A stretch of DNA of 64,000 nucleotides from Oscillospiraceae bacterium (GTDB taxonomy: Bacteria > Bacillota > Clostridia > Oscillospirales > Ruminococcaceae): the NCBI GenBank assembly GCA_022508895.1, contig JAFLUH010000001.1:77265-141264 (forward strand), given 5' to 3'. The position numbers and the translations under genes are program-made. Shown piece by piece: positions 39,030-50,429 of the stretch. The notes under the pieces were generated by a model. That model did not search any database, was not told where the DNA came from, and was given only the letters and a program-made list of their open reading frames with translations. Position 1 is the first letter of the stretch. The number at the start of each line of letters is the position of its first letter.

Positions 39030-39989
39030 ATGAAGCTCTATCCTATGAAGCTGATCGCCCCCTGCAAGGACTATATATGGGGTGGCAACAGGCTGCGTGA
39101 GGAATACGGAAAGGTTTCGGATAAGGATAAGATAGCTGAGAGCTGGGAGCTTTCCTGCCATAAGGACGGAGAGAGCGTGATAGCTGACGGTGAATTTGCA
39201 GGAATGACCCTAACTGCATATATCGAAAAGGCAGGCAGGGAAGTTCTTGGTGAAAACTGCCGCAGATTTGAATATTTTCCTGTTTTTATCAAGCTCATAG
39301 ATGCCAAGGATAATCTTTCCGTTCAAGTACATCCCAACAATGAATATGCACTGAGAGTTGAGGGAGAGTACGGCAAAACCGAGGCGTGCTACATCTTGGA
39401 TTGCGATCCCGGAGCAGAGATACTCTACGGCTTCAAGCATGATATTACCAAAGAAGAATTTGAGCGCAGGATAAAGGATAACACTATCCTTGAGGTGATC
39501 AACAGCGTTGAGGTACATAAGGGAGACATTTTCTTTATTGAAGCAGGAACGCTTCACGCTATAGGAAAAGGCATACTCGTTGCAGAGATACAGCAAAATT
39601 CCAACACAACTTACCGTATTTACGATTATGGGCGAGTTGGTGCAGATGGGAAGCCGCGTCAGCTCCATATCGATAAGGCAGCTGAGGTTATTGAACTTAC
39701 ACCGCCTAAATATTCCTGTAAGCCGATCGGTAAAGAGGAAGTTAAGGAAGGGTATACTGAACAGCTTCTTGCGAGGTGTGATTTTTTCAGAGTGAAAAAG
39801 CTGAATATTACACAGAAATGCGCTCTTGATGCGGGAAGCGGTTCGTTTAATTCCATTCTTGTACTTGATGGTGATGGCGAGCTTGATGGAGTGAAGCTTA
39901 AAAAGGGCGAAAGCTGTTTTATTCCGTCGGGATACGGTAAGTATACTTTTGCAGGCAAAGCAGAGATAATAGTTACGGACATCGACTGA
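39030..39989 (+). CDS. manA: class I mannose-6-phosphate isomerase
   Basis: DYIWGG, AESWELS, LSVQVHP, KTEACY, HAIGKG, EIQQNSNTTYRIYDY. Confidence 0.93.
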   Translation: MKLYPMKLIAPCKDYIWGGNRLREEYGKVSDKDKIAESWELSCHKDGESVIADGEFAGMTLTAYIEKAGREVLGENCRRFEYFPVFIKLIDAKDNLSVQVHPNNEYALRVEGEYGKTEACYILDCDPGAEILYGFKHDITKEEFERRIKDNTILEVINSVEVHKGDIFFIEAGTLHAIGKGILVAEIQQNSNTTYRIYDYGRVGADGKPRQLHIDKAAEVIELTPPKYSCKPIGKEEVKEGYTEQLLARCDFFRVKKLNITQKCALDAGSGSFNSILVLDGDGELDGVKLKKGESCFIPSGYGKYTFAGKAEIIVTDID

Positions 39990-40003
39990 GAACGGAGCTT
40001 ATT

Positions 40004-40966
40004 ATGAAGTATTCGCTTGGCATTGACATTGGCGGCACGAACATTGCGGCAGGAGTAGTAGACGAAAATTACAACATCGTATGTCAAAGCAAGGTGAAAA
40101 CCTGTTCCGACAGGGAGTACACGGCCGTGCTTGACGACATCGTTTCTGTAGGAAAAAGCGCTGTAGAAAAATCGGGAATGTCTATGAAGGATATTCAGTG
40201 GACAGGCTTGGGTTGTCCAGGGACCTGTAATCCGGAAACCGGCGTTGTGGAGTATGCCAACAATCTTCACTGGGCGAATGTTCCGCTGAAAAACTATGTG
40301 GAACAAGCTCTCGGAATACCTGCATACATTGAAAACGATGCGAACGCTGCTGCTTTGGGAGAATTTTTTGCAGGAGCAGCAAAAGGAGCCAATAACGCCA
40401 TTATCATAACTATCGGAACGGGTCTTGGAGCCGGTATAATCATTGACGGTAAACTGTTCAGCGGCTCTAACTATGCAGGCGCCGAGATAGGGCATACAGT
40501 GATAAACGTTGACGGAGAACAGTGTACCTGTGGAAGAAAGGGTTGCTTTGAAGCGTACTCCTCCGTGACAGCCCTTGTAAAATTCACAAAACGTTATATG
40601 GAGCAGTATCCCGATACATTGATGAAAAGCGTTGCAGAGAAAGAGGGCAAGGTCAGCGGAAGGACTTCCTTTGTTGCTGCAAAGCAGGGAGATGAGGCAG
40701 GGAAAAAAGTAGTAGAGCTTTTTATAAAGAATCTTGCCTGTGGAATAATAAACACAATAAACGTTTTCCAGCCTGATATACTCTGTATAGGAGGCGGCAT
40801 CAGCAATGAAGGCGACAACCTTCTGATACCGCTGAAGGAATATGTAAACAGAGAAATATATTCAAAAAACAGTAAAAAAAATACTGAAATAGTAACTTGT
40901 AAGCTTGGAAACGGTGCCGGATTGATCGGAGCCGCATTGCTTGGTTATCAATATAAAAAACATTGA
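40004..40966 (+). CDS. ROK family sugar kinase (glucokinase-like)
   Basis: GIDIGGT, ENDANAAALGE, GAEIGH, CTCGRKGCFE. Confidence 0.92.
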   Translation: MKYSLGIDIGGTNIAAGVVDENYNIVCQSKVKTCSDREYTAVLDDIVSVGKSAVEKSGMSMKDIQWTGLGCPGTCNPETGVVEYANNLHWANVPLKNYVEQALGIPAYIENDANAAALGEFFAGAAKGANNAIIITIGTGLGAGIIIDGKLFSGSNYAGAEIGHTVINVDGEQCTCGRKGCFEAYSSVTALVKFTKRYMEQYPDTLMKSVAEKEGKVSGRTSFVAAKQGDEAGKKVVELFIKNLACGIINTINVFQPDILCIGGGISNEGDNLLIPLKEYVNREIYSKNSKKNTEIVTCKLGNGAGLIGAALLGYQYKKH

Positions 40967-40993
40967 TACATAAAGAGAAAGGAAGAAACATAA

Positions 40994-42649
40994 ATGAGAA
41001 GCGATCTAATCAAAAAAGGCGTTGACAGAACACCGCATAAGGCGTTGTTGAAGGCTTTGGGAGTGACCGACAGTGAAATGGACAGACCCTTTATTGCGGT
41101 CGTGTGTGCTGCCAGTGACTATGTGCCCGGACACAGCCATCTGCATGAAATTGCGCAATGCGTGAAAGACGGTATCAGAAACGCCGGCGGCGTGCCTTTT
41201 GAGTTCTTTACCATCGGCGTATGCGACGGGCTTGCCATGAATCACAAGGGAATGAGGTATTCTCTTGCTTCAAGAGAACTGATAGCCGACAGCATAGAGG
41301 TAATGCTTACCGCCCACCCCCTTGATGGCATTGTATTCATACCAAACTGCGACAAAATCGTTCCGGGCATGATAATGGCGGCAGCAAGACTTGACCTGCC
41401 AAGTATATTTGTAAGCGGCGGCCCAATGAAGGCAGGCTGCGTACAGGGCAAAAGAGTCGGTTACAGCGAGATATATGAGGCTATAGGGCAGTACTCTAAC
41501 GGAGAGATAGACGACAGCGTGCTGAAAGATTATGAGAATAATGCTTGCCCCACCTGCGGAAGCTGCTCGGGTATGTACACCGCAAACTCCATGAATTGTC
41601 TTACAGAGGCTATTGGACTTGCCTTGCCATATAACGGAACAGAACCTGCCGTAAACTCTGCAAGACGCAGGATAGCCAAGGAAGCAGGAGAGCGAGTAGT
41701 TGAGCTGTTTAAACAGTCCATCACTGCAAAGGATATCCTCACTAAGAAGAATATGCTGAATGCTCTTGCGACTGATATGGCTATCGGCGCTTCTTCAAAC
41801 ACTGTACTTCATCTTTTAGCGATAGCGCATGAAGCGGGAATAGATATTTCTTTGTCAGATATTGATGAGATGAGCAGAAGAATACCTCAGCTTGCCAAGC
41901 TGAATCCCGCAAGCGATGTTTTTATTGAAGACCTTAACTCTGTAGGAGGAATACAGACCGTACTGAAGGAACTCGCAAAAACAGGCGAAATATACACAGA
42001 TGTTCTCACTGTCAACGGAACGCAGCAGCAGCGAATTGAAAATGCCAAGGCTGCTGACGGAACAGTAGTGCATAAGGTGGACGCTCCTATCAGAAAAGAC
42101 GGCGGTATTGCAATACTTAAAGGTAATCTTGCAGAAAAGGGTTCTGTTGTCAAGCAGGGCGCCGTAAAGCCTGAAATGATGACAACTACCTGTACAGCTA
42201 AGGTTTTTGATGGCGAACAGCAGGCGGTCGATGCAATACTTGGCGATAAGGTACAGCCCGGAGATGTTGTGGTAATAAGATATGAAGGCCCTAAGGGAGG
42301 TCCCGGAATGCCTGAAATGCTAGCTCCTACCGCTGCAATAGTGGGCAAAGGGCTTGACGGCTCCGTCGCTCTTATCACTGATGGCAGATTCAGCGGTGCA
42401 AGCCGTGGAGCGGCTGTAGGTCACGTTTCTCCGGAAGCCGCTGACGGCGGTCTTATTGCCTTTGTTGAAAACGGAGATAAAATACTTATAGATATACCAA
42501 ACAGGAAAATAGAGCTTCTGGTGAATGATGATGAGATCGAAAAACGCAGAAAAAAAGGAATAAATTCTACCAGGGAGCTTGACGGATATCTGAAGCGTTA
42601 TGCCCGTATGGTCACCGGTTCGGATTCCGGCGCTGTTTTCTTGGATTGA
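40994..42649 (+). CDS. ilvD: dihydroxy-acid dehydratase
   Basis: [51 protein letters not shown]. Confidence 0.97.
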   Translation: MRSDLIKKGVDRTPHKALLKALGVTDSEMDRPFIAVVCAASDYVPGHSHLHEIAQCVKDGIRNAGGVPFEFFTIGVCDGLAMNHKGMRYSLASRELIADSIEVMLTAHPLDGIVFIPNCDKIVPGMIMAAARLDLPSIFVSGGPMKAGCVQGKRVGYSEIYEAIGQYSNGEIDDSVLKDYENNACPTCGSCSGMYTANSMNCLTEAIGLALPYNGTEPAVNSARRRIAKEAGERVVELFKQSITAKDILTKKNMLNALATDMAIGASSNTVLHLLAIAHEAGIDISLSDIDEMSRRIPQLAKLNPASDVFIEDLNSVGGIQTVLKELAKTGEIYTDVLTVNGTQQQRIENAKAADGTVVHKVDAPIRKDGGIAILKGNLAEKGSVVKQGAVKPEMMTTTCTAKVFDGEQQAVDAILGDKVQPGDVVVIRYEGPKGGPGMPEMLAPTAAIVGKGLDGSVALITDGRFSGASRGAAVGHVSPEAADGGLIAFVENGDKILIDIPNRKIELLVNDDEIEKRRKKGINSTRELDGYLKRYARMVTGSDSGAVFLD

Positions 42650-42661
42650 CGCTATCATGAG

Positions 42662-43402
42662 GTGAACAAAATGCCTGAAAACAAAAAAGAAAATCCTCAC
42701 GAAGGACATAGACAAAGAGTAAAAAATCGTTTTCTCAAGCATGGTCTGGAAAGCTTTGAGGATCATCAGGTTCTTGAGGCGCTTTTGTTTTATTCAGTTC
42801 CTAAGAAGGATACGAATGAGCTTGCTCATCTTCTGTTAAAGACTTATGGCAGCATTGATAAAGTTTTTGAAGCGGATTACGATGATCTGATCAAGATAAA
42901 AGGGGTAGGGGAGAATACTGCAAGCCTTATCAAGTTCTTTCAGATGCTTTCCAAAAGATATGTATATTCCACTTTTGTACATGACGGCGCAATCAGACTG
43001 AATGAACCTAAAATTCTGATGAATTACTGCAGAACTCTTTTCAAGGGCGAGAAAAAGGAAATAATTTATGCCATTGCTTTGGACGACGAGCTTTACCTTA
43101 TAGATAAGATGAAAATCAACTCCGGAGAGCCTAACAGAGTGGAAGTACCTTTCAGAAATCTAACTGAGTTTGCTATCAAATGTAATTGTACACGCATGGT
43201 AATAGCCCATAATCACCCCAACGGACCCATGATCCCTTCCAGAGCTGACATTCATTCTACCAGTTCGGTAGCTGATCAGTTGTCAAGCGTAGATGTTGAA
43301 CTTGTGGATCATATAGTAGTAGGGAAAAACGGTGCAACCAGTATAAGAGAACGTAATCCTGATGATGTCAACGCATGGAGAAATCAAAATGGATTTTTTT
43401 GA
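42662..43402 (+). CDS. radC: RadC-family JAB domain protein
   Basis: [20 protein letters not shown] HhH, AHNHP...PSRAD, DHIVV. Confidence 0.93.
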   Translation: MNKMPENKKENPHEGHRQRVKNRFLKHGLESFEDHQVLEALLFYSVPKKDTNELAHLLLKTYGSIDKVFEADYDDLIKIKGVGENTASLIKFFQMLSKRYVYSTFVHDGAIRLNEPKILMNYCRTLFKGEKKEIIYAIALDDELYLIDKMKINSGEPNRVEVPFRNLTEFAIKCNCTRMVIAHNHPNGPMIPSRADIHSTSSVADQLSSVDVELVDHIVVGKNGATSIRERNPDDVNAWRNQNGFF

Positions 43403-45350
43403 GTTGCATTCCGAGTACAGCCCGACCGGGGATCAGCCATCTGCAATAGAAGCTCTTGCGGACGGCGTGTTAAGAGGAGACAAAGAGCAGGTACTCATGG
43501 GTGTCACAGGTTCGGGAAAGACCTTTACAATGGCTAATATCATTGCAAAGGTCAACCGCCCTACTCTCGTCCTTGCTCATAATAAAACACTTGCAGCTCA
43601 GCTATGCAGTGAGCTGAGGGAATTTTTCCCAAACAATGCGGTGGAGTACTTCGTTTCGTATTACGATTATTACCAGCCGGAAGCGTATATACCTTCAACT
43701 GATGCTTACATTGAAAAAGACAGTGCAATAAACGATGATATTGACAGGCTCAGGCACTCTGCCACCTTTGCCCTTGCGGAAAGGCGTGATGTAGTGATCG
43801 TAGCCAGTGTTTCGTGCATTTATTCTTTGGGCAGTCCCGAGGATTACCGTGCTAATGTTATTTCCATACGGAAGGGAACCGAGCTTGGCAGGGACGAGCT
43901 GATAAAAAAGCTTGTCGAGATACAGTATGAACGAAACGATGTCAATTTTATACGGAATAAATTTCGTGTAAGAGGGGATACCGTTGAGATATTCCCTGCA
44001 GGAAATCCCGTTGAAACCGCACTTCGCGTGGAATTTTTCGGAGATGAGATAGACAGGATAACCGAAATAGAGGTAGTAACCGGTGCTGCAAAGAGAGAGC
44101 TGCTTCATGCTGCAATTTTTCCTGCCAGTCACTATATAGTGGACAGGGCGAACATGGAAAGAGCACTTGATGAGATACGCAGTGAGATGGAAGAACAGGT
44201 GGAGTTTTTCACCAACAACCACAAGCTGATAGAAGCGCAGCGCATTGCTCAAAGGACTACCTACGATCTCGAAATGCTCAGGGAAATAGGAACGTGTAAG
44301 GGAATTGAAAACTATTCAAGAGTGCTTTCGGGCAGACCTAAAGGAAGTACGCCCCTTACGCTTATTGATCATTTTCCGAAGGATTTTTTGCTGCTTGTTG
44401 ATGAGAGCCATGTCACGCTTCCGCAGATAAGGGGTATGTACGGCGGTGATGCTGCAAGAAAGAAAAATCTTGTCGAATACGGATTTCGCCTGCCTTCGGC
44501 TTACGATAATCGCCCGATGAATTTCGATGAATTCTATTCCAAGATAAATCAGGCGATATATGTTTCAGCAACTCCCGGACCCTTTGAAAGGGAACATTCT
44601 GTTCGGGTGGTGGAGCAGCTGATAAGACCTACCGGATTGCTTGATCCGCTTGTTTCTGTAAGACCTGTGGACGGACAGATCGAAGACTTGGTTTCCGAAA
44701 TAAATCTGCGTATTGAAAGGAATGAGCGAGTTCTGGTAACTACTCTCACCAAGAAAATGGCGGAGGACCTTACCAAATACCTTGAGAAGCTGAACCTCAA
44801 AGTACGCTATATGCACCATGACATAGACACTATTGAGCGAATGGAGATAATCCGTGACCTTCGTCTGGGCGAATTTGACGTTCTTATAGGAATAAATCTG
44901 CTCCGTGAAGGTCTTGATCTGCCTGAAGTGTCGTTGGTGGCGATACTTGATGCCGATAAGGAAGGCTTTTTGCGCAGTGAGACGTCTTTGGTTCAAACGA
45001 TTGGACGAGCCGCAAGAAACGCTGACGGAACAGTTATAATGTATGCGGATCAGGTGACCCCGTCAATGGAAAATGCGATAGGAGAAACCAACCGCAGGCG
45101 TGAGATACAGATGAAATATAATGAGGAAAACGGTATTGTTCCAAAAACCATTGTCAAAGATGTTCGCGACGTTATAGATATTTCGGCAAAAACCGAAAAA
45201 CGCGGCAAAGCTAAGAAACAGTTGACAAGAGAAGAAAAGCAGACCCTCATCAAACAGTACACCTCTCTTATGCGGGAAGCAGCTAAGGTGCTGGATTTCG
45301 AGCAGGCGGCTTATTTCAGAGATAAGATAACAGAACTGAAGGAAAGGTAA
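43389..45350 (+). CDS. uvrB: excinuclease ABC subunit B
   Basis: [47 protein letters not shown]; ATG 43389. Confidence 0.98.
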   Translation: MDFFELHSEYSPTGDQPSAIEALADGVLRGDKEQVLMGVTGSGKTFTMANIIAKVNRPTLVLAHNKTLAAQLCSELREFFPNNAVEYFVSYYDYYQPEAYIPSTDAYIEKDSAINDDIDRLRHSATFALAERRDVVIVASVSCIYSLGSPEDYRANVISIRKGTELGRDELIKKLVEIQYERNDVNFIRNKFRVRGDTVEIFPAGNPVETALRVEFFGDEIDRITEIEVVTGAAKRELLHAAIFPASHYIVDRANMERALDEIRSEMEEQVEFFTNNHKLIEAQRIAQRTTYDLEMLREIGTCKGIENYSRVLSGRPKGSTPLTLIDHFPKDFLLLVDESHVTLPQIRGMYGGDAARKKNLVEYGFRLPSAYDNRPMNFDEFYSKINQAIYVSATPGPFEREHSVRVVEQLIRPTGLLDPLVSVRPVDGQIEDLVSEINLRIERNERVLVTTLTKKMAEDLTKYLEKLNLKVRYMHHDIDTIERMEIIRDLRLGEFDVLIGINLLREGLDLPEVSLVAILDADKEGFLRSETSLVQTIGRAARNADGTVIMYADQVTPSMENAIGETNRRREIQMKYNEENGIVPKTIVKDVRDVIDISAKTEKRGKAKKQLTREEKQTLIKQYTSLMREAAKVLDFEQAAYFRDKITELKER

Positions 45351-45351
45351 A

Positions 45352-48171
45352 ATGTCAATCAACAAGATAGTTATAAAAGGGGCAAAGGAGCATAATCTAA
45401 AAAATGTAGATTTAGAGCTTCCAAGGGATAAGCTTATCGTGATGACAGGGCTTTCGGGCTCGGGAAAATCTTCTTTGGCTTTTGATACGATTTACGCCGA
45501 TGGACAGCGTAGGTATATTGAAAGCCTTTCGTCATACGCCAGAATGTTTCTCGGGCAGATGGAAAAGCCCAATGTGGAGAGCATCGAGGGCTTGTCTCCG
45601 GCTATCTCCATAGATCAGAAGACCACTTCAAAAAATCCTCGCTCCACAGTGGGAACGGTAACGGAGATATACGACTATTTAAGGCTTCTCTATGCAAGGA
45701 TAGGTATCCCTCATTGTCCTGTATGCGGAAAAGAGATACGTCAGCAGACCGTAGATCAGATAACCGACAGGGTCATGGAGCTTGAAAAAGGCACTAAGAT
45801 ACAGATAATGGCTCCTGTTGTCAGAGGAAGAAAAGGCGAATATGCCAAGGAGCTTGAAAGCATAAGGAAGCAAGGCTATGTCAGAGTGCGGATAGATGGG
45901 ATCATGTACGATGTATCCGAACAGATAAAGCTGGAGAAAAACAAAAAACACAATATCGAGGTCATAGTTGACCGTCTTGTTGTCAAGGACGAGATAAGAT
46001 CCAGACTTACCGAGAGTATTGAAACAGCAGGCACTCTTTCGGGAGGGATAGTGTTTGTTGATGTGGTTGGGCAGGAGGAGCTGCATTTTTCACAAAACTA
46101 TGCTTGTCCTGAACATGGCATAAGCATTGAGGAGCTGAATCCCAGAATGTTCAGCTTCAACAACCCTTACGGAGCCTGCAAGCGCTGTACAGGACTGGGT
46201 TTTTACATGAGCATTGACGAGGATCTTATCATTCCCGATAGAGAACTGTCTATCAGCGAAAACGCCATTAAGGCAAGCGGATGGAATTATGCGCCGGGCA
46301 CAATGGCACAGATGTATATGGATGGGTTGGCAAAGCATTACGGTTTTTCAGTTGATGTTCCCGTAAAGGATTTACCTGAACACGCACTTGATCTTATACT
46401 TTACGGCTCTAACGGTGAGAAATTTCCGGTACACCGTCCTTGGGAAGGCGGAAAAGTCGATTATATGACAGATTTCGAGGGGATAGTCAACAATCTGGAG
46501 CGCCGCTTCCGTGAGACAAGCAGTCAATATTCCAAGGATGAGATATCTGACTATATGTCTGAGGTGGAATGTCCCGAATGTCATGGTCAGAGATTAAGGC
46601 AAGAAGCGTTATCGGTGACTGTTTCGGGAAAAAACATCAATGACTTCTGTAACATGAGCGTTACTCAGGCGCTGGATTTTGCCAATAAGATGGAGCTTAC
46701 TCCGAGAGAACGCATGATAGCTGATCAGATACTTAAGGAGATAAGATCGCGATTAGGTTTTCTGCAAAGCGTAGGTCTAGATTATCTGAAGCTGTCCCGT
46801 GCTTCAAGCACCTTGTCCGGCGGGGAAAGCCAGCGTATACGCCTTGCTACGCAGATAGGCAGCTCCCTTGTAGGAGTGCTGTACATTCTGGACGAGCCAA
46901 GCATCGGACTGCACCAGCGTGACAACGACAGGCTCATTGCTACATTGAAGGAGCTTCGTGATGTAGGCAATACGGTGATAGTCGTAGAGCATGACGAGGA
47001 TACCATGCGTGCTGCCGATTATCTTGTTGATGTGGGACCGGGAGCAGGTGTTCACGGAGGAGAGATAGTAGCGGCAGGTACGGTAGACGACGTCATAAAA
47101 TCAGAGCGCTCCGTGACAGGTAAGTACCTTTCAGGAAAAATGAAAATTCCCGTTCCTGCACAACGCAGAAAACAGGACGGGCGTTTTCTCACTATTCACG
47201 GCGCTGCAGAAAACAACCTCAAAAATATTGACGTAAATATACCGATAGGTTTATTTACCTGCATAACAGGCGTTTCAGGCAGCGGAAAAAGCTCTCTTGT
47301 AAACGAAATAATGTATAAACACCTTGTTGCTAAGCTGAATAGGGCAAGAGTCAGGGCGGGAAAATTTGACAAGGTGACAGGCTTGGAGTTTTTGGATAAA
47401 GTCATAGATATTGACCAGTCGCCTATCGGCAGGACTCCACGTTCCAACCCTGCCACTTACACGGGATTGTTTACCGATGTTCGTGACCTTTATGCTTCCA
47501 CTAATGACGCAAAGATGAAGGGCTATTCCAGCGGCAGATTCAGCTTCAACATAAAGGGCGGCAGGTGCGAAGCCTGCGAGGGAGACGGTGTAATCAAGAT
47601 AGAAATGCATTTTCTTCCCGATATTTATGTGCCATGTGAGGTCTGCGGCGGTAAGCGCTATAACAGAGAGACCCTTGAAGTCAAATATAAGGGAAAATCA
47701 ATTTACGATGTGCTGGAAATGACAGTGGAGGAAGGGCTCGAATTTTTCTCAAGCATACCTAAACTGTCCAGAAAGCTGCAAACATTGTATGATGTAGGCT
47801 TAGGCTATGTGAAAATAGGACAGCCTGCAACTACGCTTTCGGGTGGTGAAGCACAGCGTGTCAAGCTTGCTACAGAACTGTCGAAACGCCCTACAGGAAA
47901 GACTATATACATTCTGGACGAGCCTACTACGGGACTTCACACCGACGATGTGGCAAAGCTGATAGATATCATACAAAAGCTGACCGACGGCGGAAATACT
48001 GTTGTAGTTATAGAGCACAACCTTGATGTGATAAAAACGGCAGATCATATCATTGACCTCGGTCCCGAAGGCGGTGACAACGGAGGATACATTATTGCTG
48101 AGGGAACTCCGGAGGAGGTTGCAAAAAACAAAAAATCTTATACCGGTAAATATTTGAAGAAAATGCTGTAA
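45352..48171 (+). CDS. uvrA: excinuclease ABC subunit A
   Basis: GLSGSGKSS and GVSGSGKSS Walker A, two Zn fingers, LSGGESQR and LSGGEAQR. Confidence 0.98.
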   Translation: MSINKIVIKGAKEHNLKNVDLELPRDKLIVMTGLSGSGKSSLAFDTIYADGQRRYIESLSSYARMFLGQMEKPNVESIEGLSPAISIDQKTTSKNPRSTVGTVTEIYDYLRLLYARIGIPHCPVCGKEIRQQTVDQITDRVMELEKGTKIQIMAPVVRGRKGEYAKELESIRKQGYVRVRIDGIMYDVSEQIKLEKNKKHNIEVIVDRLVVKDEIRSRLTESIETAGTLSGGIVFVDVVGQEELHFSQNYACPEHGISIEELNPRMFSFNNPYGACKRCTGLGFYMSIDEDLIIPDRELSISENAIKASGWNYAPGTMAQMYMDGLAKHYGFSVDVPVKDLPEHALDLILYGSNGEKFPVHRPWEGGKVDYMTDFEGIVNNLERRFRETSSQYSKDEISDYMSEVECPECHGQRLRQEALSVTVSGKNINDFCNMSVTQALDFANKMELTPRERMIADQILKEIRSRLGFLQSVGLDYLKLSRASSTLSGGESQRIRLATQIGSSLVGVLYILDEPSIGLHQRDNDRLIATLKELRDVGNTVIVVEHDEDTMRAADYLVDVGPGAGVHGGEIVAAGTVDDVIKSERSVTGKYLSGKMKIPVPAQRRKQDGRFLTIHGAAENNLKNIDVNIPIGLFTCITGVSGSGKSSLVNEIMYKHLVAKLNRARVRAGKFDKVTGLEFLDKVIDIDQSPIGRTPRSNPATYTGLFTDVRDLYASTNDAKMKGYSSGRFSFNIKGGRCEACEGDGVIKIEMHFLPDIYVPCEVCGGKRYNRETLEVKYKGKSIYDVLEMTVEEGLEFFSSIPKLSRKLQTLYDVGLGYVKIGQPATTLSGGEAQRVKLATELSKRPTGKTIYILDEPTTGLHTDDVAKLIDIIQKLTDGGNTVVVIEHNLDVIKTADHIIDLGPEGGDNGGYIIAEGTPEEVAKNKKSYTGKYLKKML

Positions 48172-48176
48172 TAGCA

Positions 48177-48206
48177 AGGTGCGGAAGAGCCCGCACCTAA
48201 TTTTTT
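48177..48206 (+). terminator. intrinsic terminator after uvrA
   Basis: AGGTGCGG-aagagc-CCGCACCT followed by AATTTTTT. Confidence 0.8.
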
Positions 48207-48226
48207 ATTATTTCCGGCAAAAATAC

Positions 48227-48255
48227 TTGTAAGATTTAATGAAATATGCTATAAT
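48227..48255 (+). promoter_or_regulatory. sigma-A promoter of hom
   Basis: TTGTAA-N17-TATAAT with extended TG. Confidence 0.75.
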
Positions 48256-48362
48256 AATCTAAAAATAAATATAGTGGTTTATATGATTTTGAATTTTTAG
48301 ATTATTTTAGCGTTCAGCGGAATCACATTCCGCTTCGCTTCATGCTCTATTTATGCTATAAT
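48250..48362 (+). repeat. third copy of the 107-bp TATAAT-bounded element
   Basis: 90/113 ungapped identity to the reverse complement of 5153-5265; flanked by direct repeat TATGCTATAAT (48245-48255, 48352-48362). Confidence 0.9.
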
Positions 48363-48398
48363 TATCCGGTAGGACAATAAAAGGGAAGTGAACAGACT

Positions 48399-49637
48399 AT
48401 GGTCAAAATAGCTGTGATAGGATACGGAGTTGTTGGTTCAGGCACCGTTGAGGTTTTTTATAAAAATCTTGAAAGCATAGAGAAAAAGATCGGCGAAAGC
48501 ATAGATATCAAATATATACTCGATTTAAGGGACTTTACAGGTACTCCTTACGATGAAAAATTCATCAAAACCTTTGATCCGATAATAAATGATGGCGAAA
48601 TAACGGTGGTTGCAGAGGTGATCGGCGGGATAAATCCCGCATATCAATATGTCAAATCATTGCTTGAAGCGGGAAAAAGTGTAGTTACCTCGAACAAGGA
48701 GCTGGTGGCAGAAAAGGGAGCGGAGCTGCTCCGTATAGCGCGTGATAAAAAAGTAAACTTTTTCTTTGAGGCAAGCGTAGGAGGAGGCATACCGATAATT
48801 CGTCCTCTTCATCATTGCCTTTCCGCCAATGAGATAGACGAAATAGCAGGTATCCTCAACGGTACTACCAATTTTATCCTTACAAAGATGATAAGTGAAG
48901 GAATGGCGTTTCACAAAGCTCTTTCCCTTGCACAAGAGCTTGGTTATGCTGAACGGGATCCTTCTGCTGATGTTGATGGTCATGACGCCTGCCGCAAAAT
49001 ATGTATACTTGCTTCTCTTGCATTCGGAAAGCATATTTATCCCAGAGATGTACACACCGAGGGAATATCCATGATCACCGCCGAGGACGTTCAATATTGC
49101 GATGATTTCGGAAGCAGAATAAAGCTTATCGGCTGGGCAAGCAAAAGGGACGATAAAGCGGCTGTTATGGTGTGCCCTGCATTTATTTCGGAATCAAGCC
49201 AGCTCGCAGGTGTAAACGATGTATTCAATGCAATACTTGTACGCGGCGATGCCACCGGAGACGTTATGTTTTACGGCAAAGGGGCAGGAAAGCTCCCCAC
49301 GGCAAGTGCTGTGGTATCAGATATCATAATGGCTGCCAAAATGAACGATAACAGCCGATCGCTTTACTGGGACGACTCGGAGCAGCCCTTTGTGCTCGAC
49401 AGAAACGAAATTGATAACAGGTTTTATCTAAGATTGATTTGCGAAAACAAATACGAAACCTTAAAGCAGGCAGAAAAAATGTGGGGCAGGCTCGTACTGC
49501 TGCACAGAAACGGCGAAGAGGAAAACGAGCTTGCTTTTGTGACCGAAAGCATCAACGAGAAGAAGTTTGAAAATGATTGTGCTCTGATTTCAGATACTGC
49601 TGAAATCAAAGGCAAAATAAGAGTACTTGGTTATTAA
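48399..49637 (+). CDS. hom: homoserine dehydrogenase
   Basis: GYGVVGSG, VVTSNK, FEASVGGGIP, GILNGTTNFIL, GKGAGKLPTASAV. Confidence 0.96.
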   Translation: MVKIAVIGYGVVGSGTVEVFYKNLESIEKKIGESIDIKYILDLRDFTGTPYDEKFIKTFDPIINDGEITVVAEVIGGINPAYQYVKSLLEAGKSVVTSNKELVAEKGAELLRIARDKKVNFFFEASVGGGIPIIRPLHHCLSANEIDEIAGILNGTTNFILTKMISEGMAFHKALSLAQELGYAERDPSADVDGHDACRKICILASLAFGKHIYPRDVHTEGISMITAEDVQYCDDFGSRIKLIGWASKRDDKAAVMVCPAFISESSQLAGVNDVFNAILVRGDATGDVMFYGKGAGKLPTASAVVSDIIMAAKMNDNSRSLYWDDSEQPFVLDRNEIDNRFYLRLICENKYETLKQAEKMWGRLVLLHRNGEEENELAFVTESINEKKFENDCALISDTAEIKGKIRVLGY

Positions 49638-49680
49638 AAGGCAATATATGATATAAACTTAGGAGGGAATACTGACTTAT

Positions 49681-50406
49681 ATGGACGAGGCGGCAACTCC
49701 GAAATACAGGAGGATCCTGCTTAAACTCAGCGGTGAGGCGCTGGCAGGTGACAAGAAAACTGGTTTGGATATCCCTACCATCGAAGGGATATGCAAAAGC
49801 GTAAAGAAATGCTTTGATATCGGTACTCAGATCGGTATAGTAGTAGGCGGCGGCAACTTCTGGCGTGGGCGTTCCAGCGGTACCATGGATAGGGTAAGAG
49901 CCGATCACATTGGAATGCTTGCTACTACAATGAACGCTCTTGCAGTAGCTGATGTACTGGAAAGTCTCGGCTGCGAGGTGAGAGTACAGACTGCCATTGA
50001 AATGAGATCAATTGCTGAGCCATATATAAGACAGAAAGCTTTGAGGCATTTTGAAAAGGGAAGGATAGTCATCTTCGGCTGCGGCACCGGAAGTCCGTTT
50101 TTCTCTACTGATTCCGCTGCTTCTCTCAGAGCTGCGGAGCTGGAAGTGGATGTGCTTCTTAAAGCAACTATGGTGGACGGAGTTTATAACAAGGATCCCA
50201 ACCGATACAACGATGCCGTAAAATATGACCACCTGAGCCATCATGAGATACTTTCATCGGGACTTATGGTGCTTGACGGAACTGCGGCTGCAATGTGCAG
50301 CGACAACGATATACCGCTGATAGTGTTTGATCTGCATAATCCCGATAATATTTACGATGCAGTTGTCGGCAAAAAAGTAGGCACATTGGTAAACAATCAA
50401 AATTGA
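49681..50406 (+). CDS. pyrH: uridylate kinase
   Basis: LLKLSGEAL, GGGNFWRG, DHIGMLAT, PFFSTD. Confidence 0.98.
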   Translation: MDEAATPKYRRILLKLSGEALAGDKKTGLDIPTIEGICKSVKKCFDIGTQIGIVVGGGNFWRGRSSGTMDRVRADHIGMLATTMNALAVADVLESLGCEVRVQTAIEMRSIAEPYIRQKALRHFEKGRIVIFGCGTGSPFFSTDSAASLRAAELEVDVLLKATMVDGVYNKDPNRYNDAVKYDHLSHHEILSSGLMVLDGTAAAMCSDNDIPLIVFDLHNPDNIYDAVVGKKVGTLVNNQN

Positions 50407-50429
50407 TCTGATATGAAAGGAATTTTATC

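Noticed and set aside
39659-40495. 278-aa minus-strand ORF
   Set aside because: Antisense to manA and the ROK kinase, both clearly real; typical reverse-frame artefact.
48255-48398. hom leader as a T-box, lysine or SAM riboswitch
   Set aside because: No T-box, L-box or S-box consensus visible; the leader is explained by the dispersed 107-bp element.
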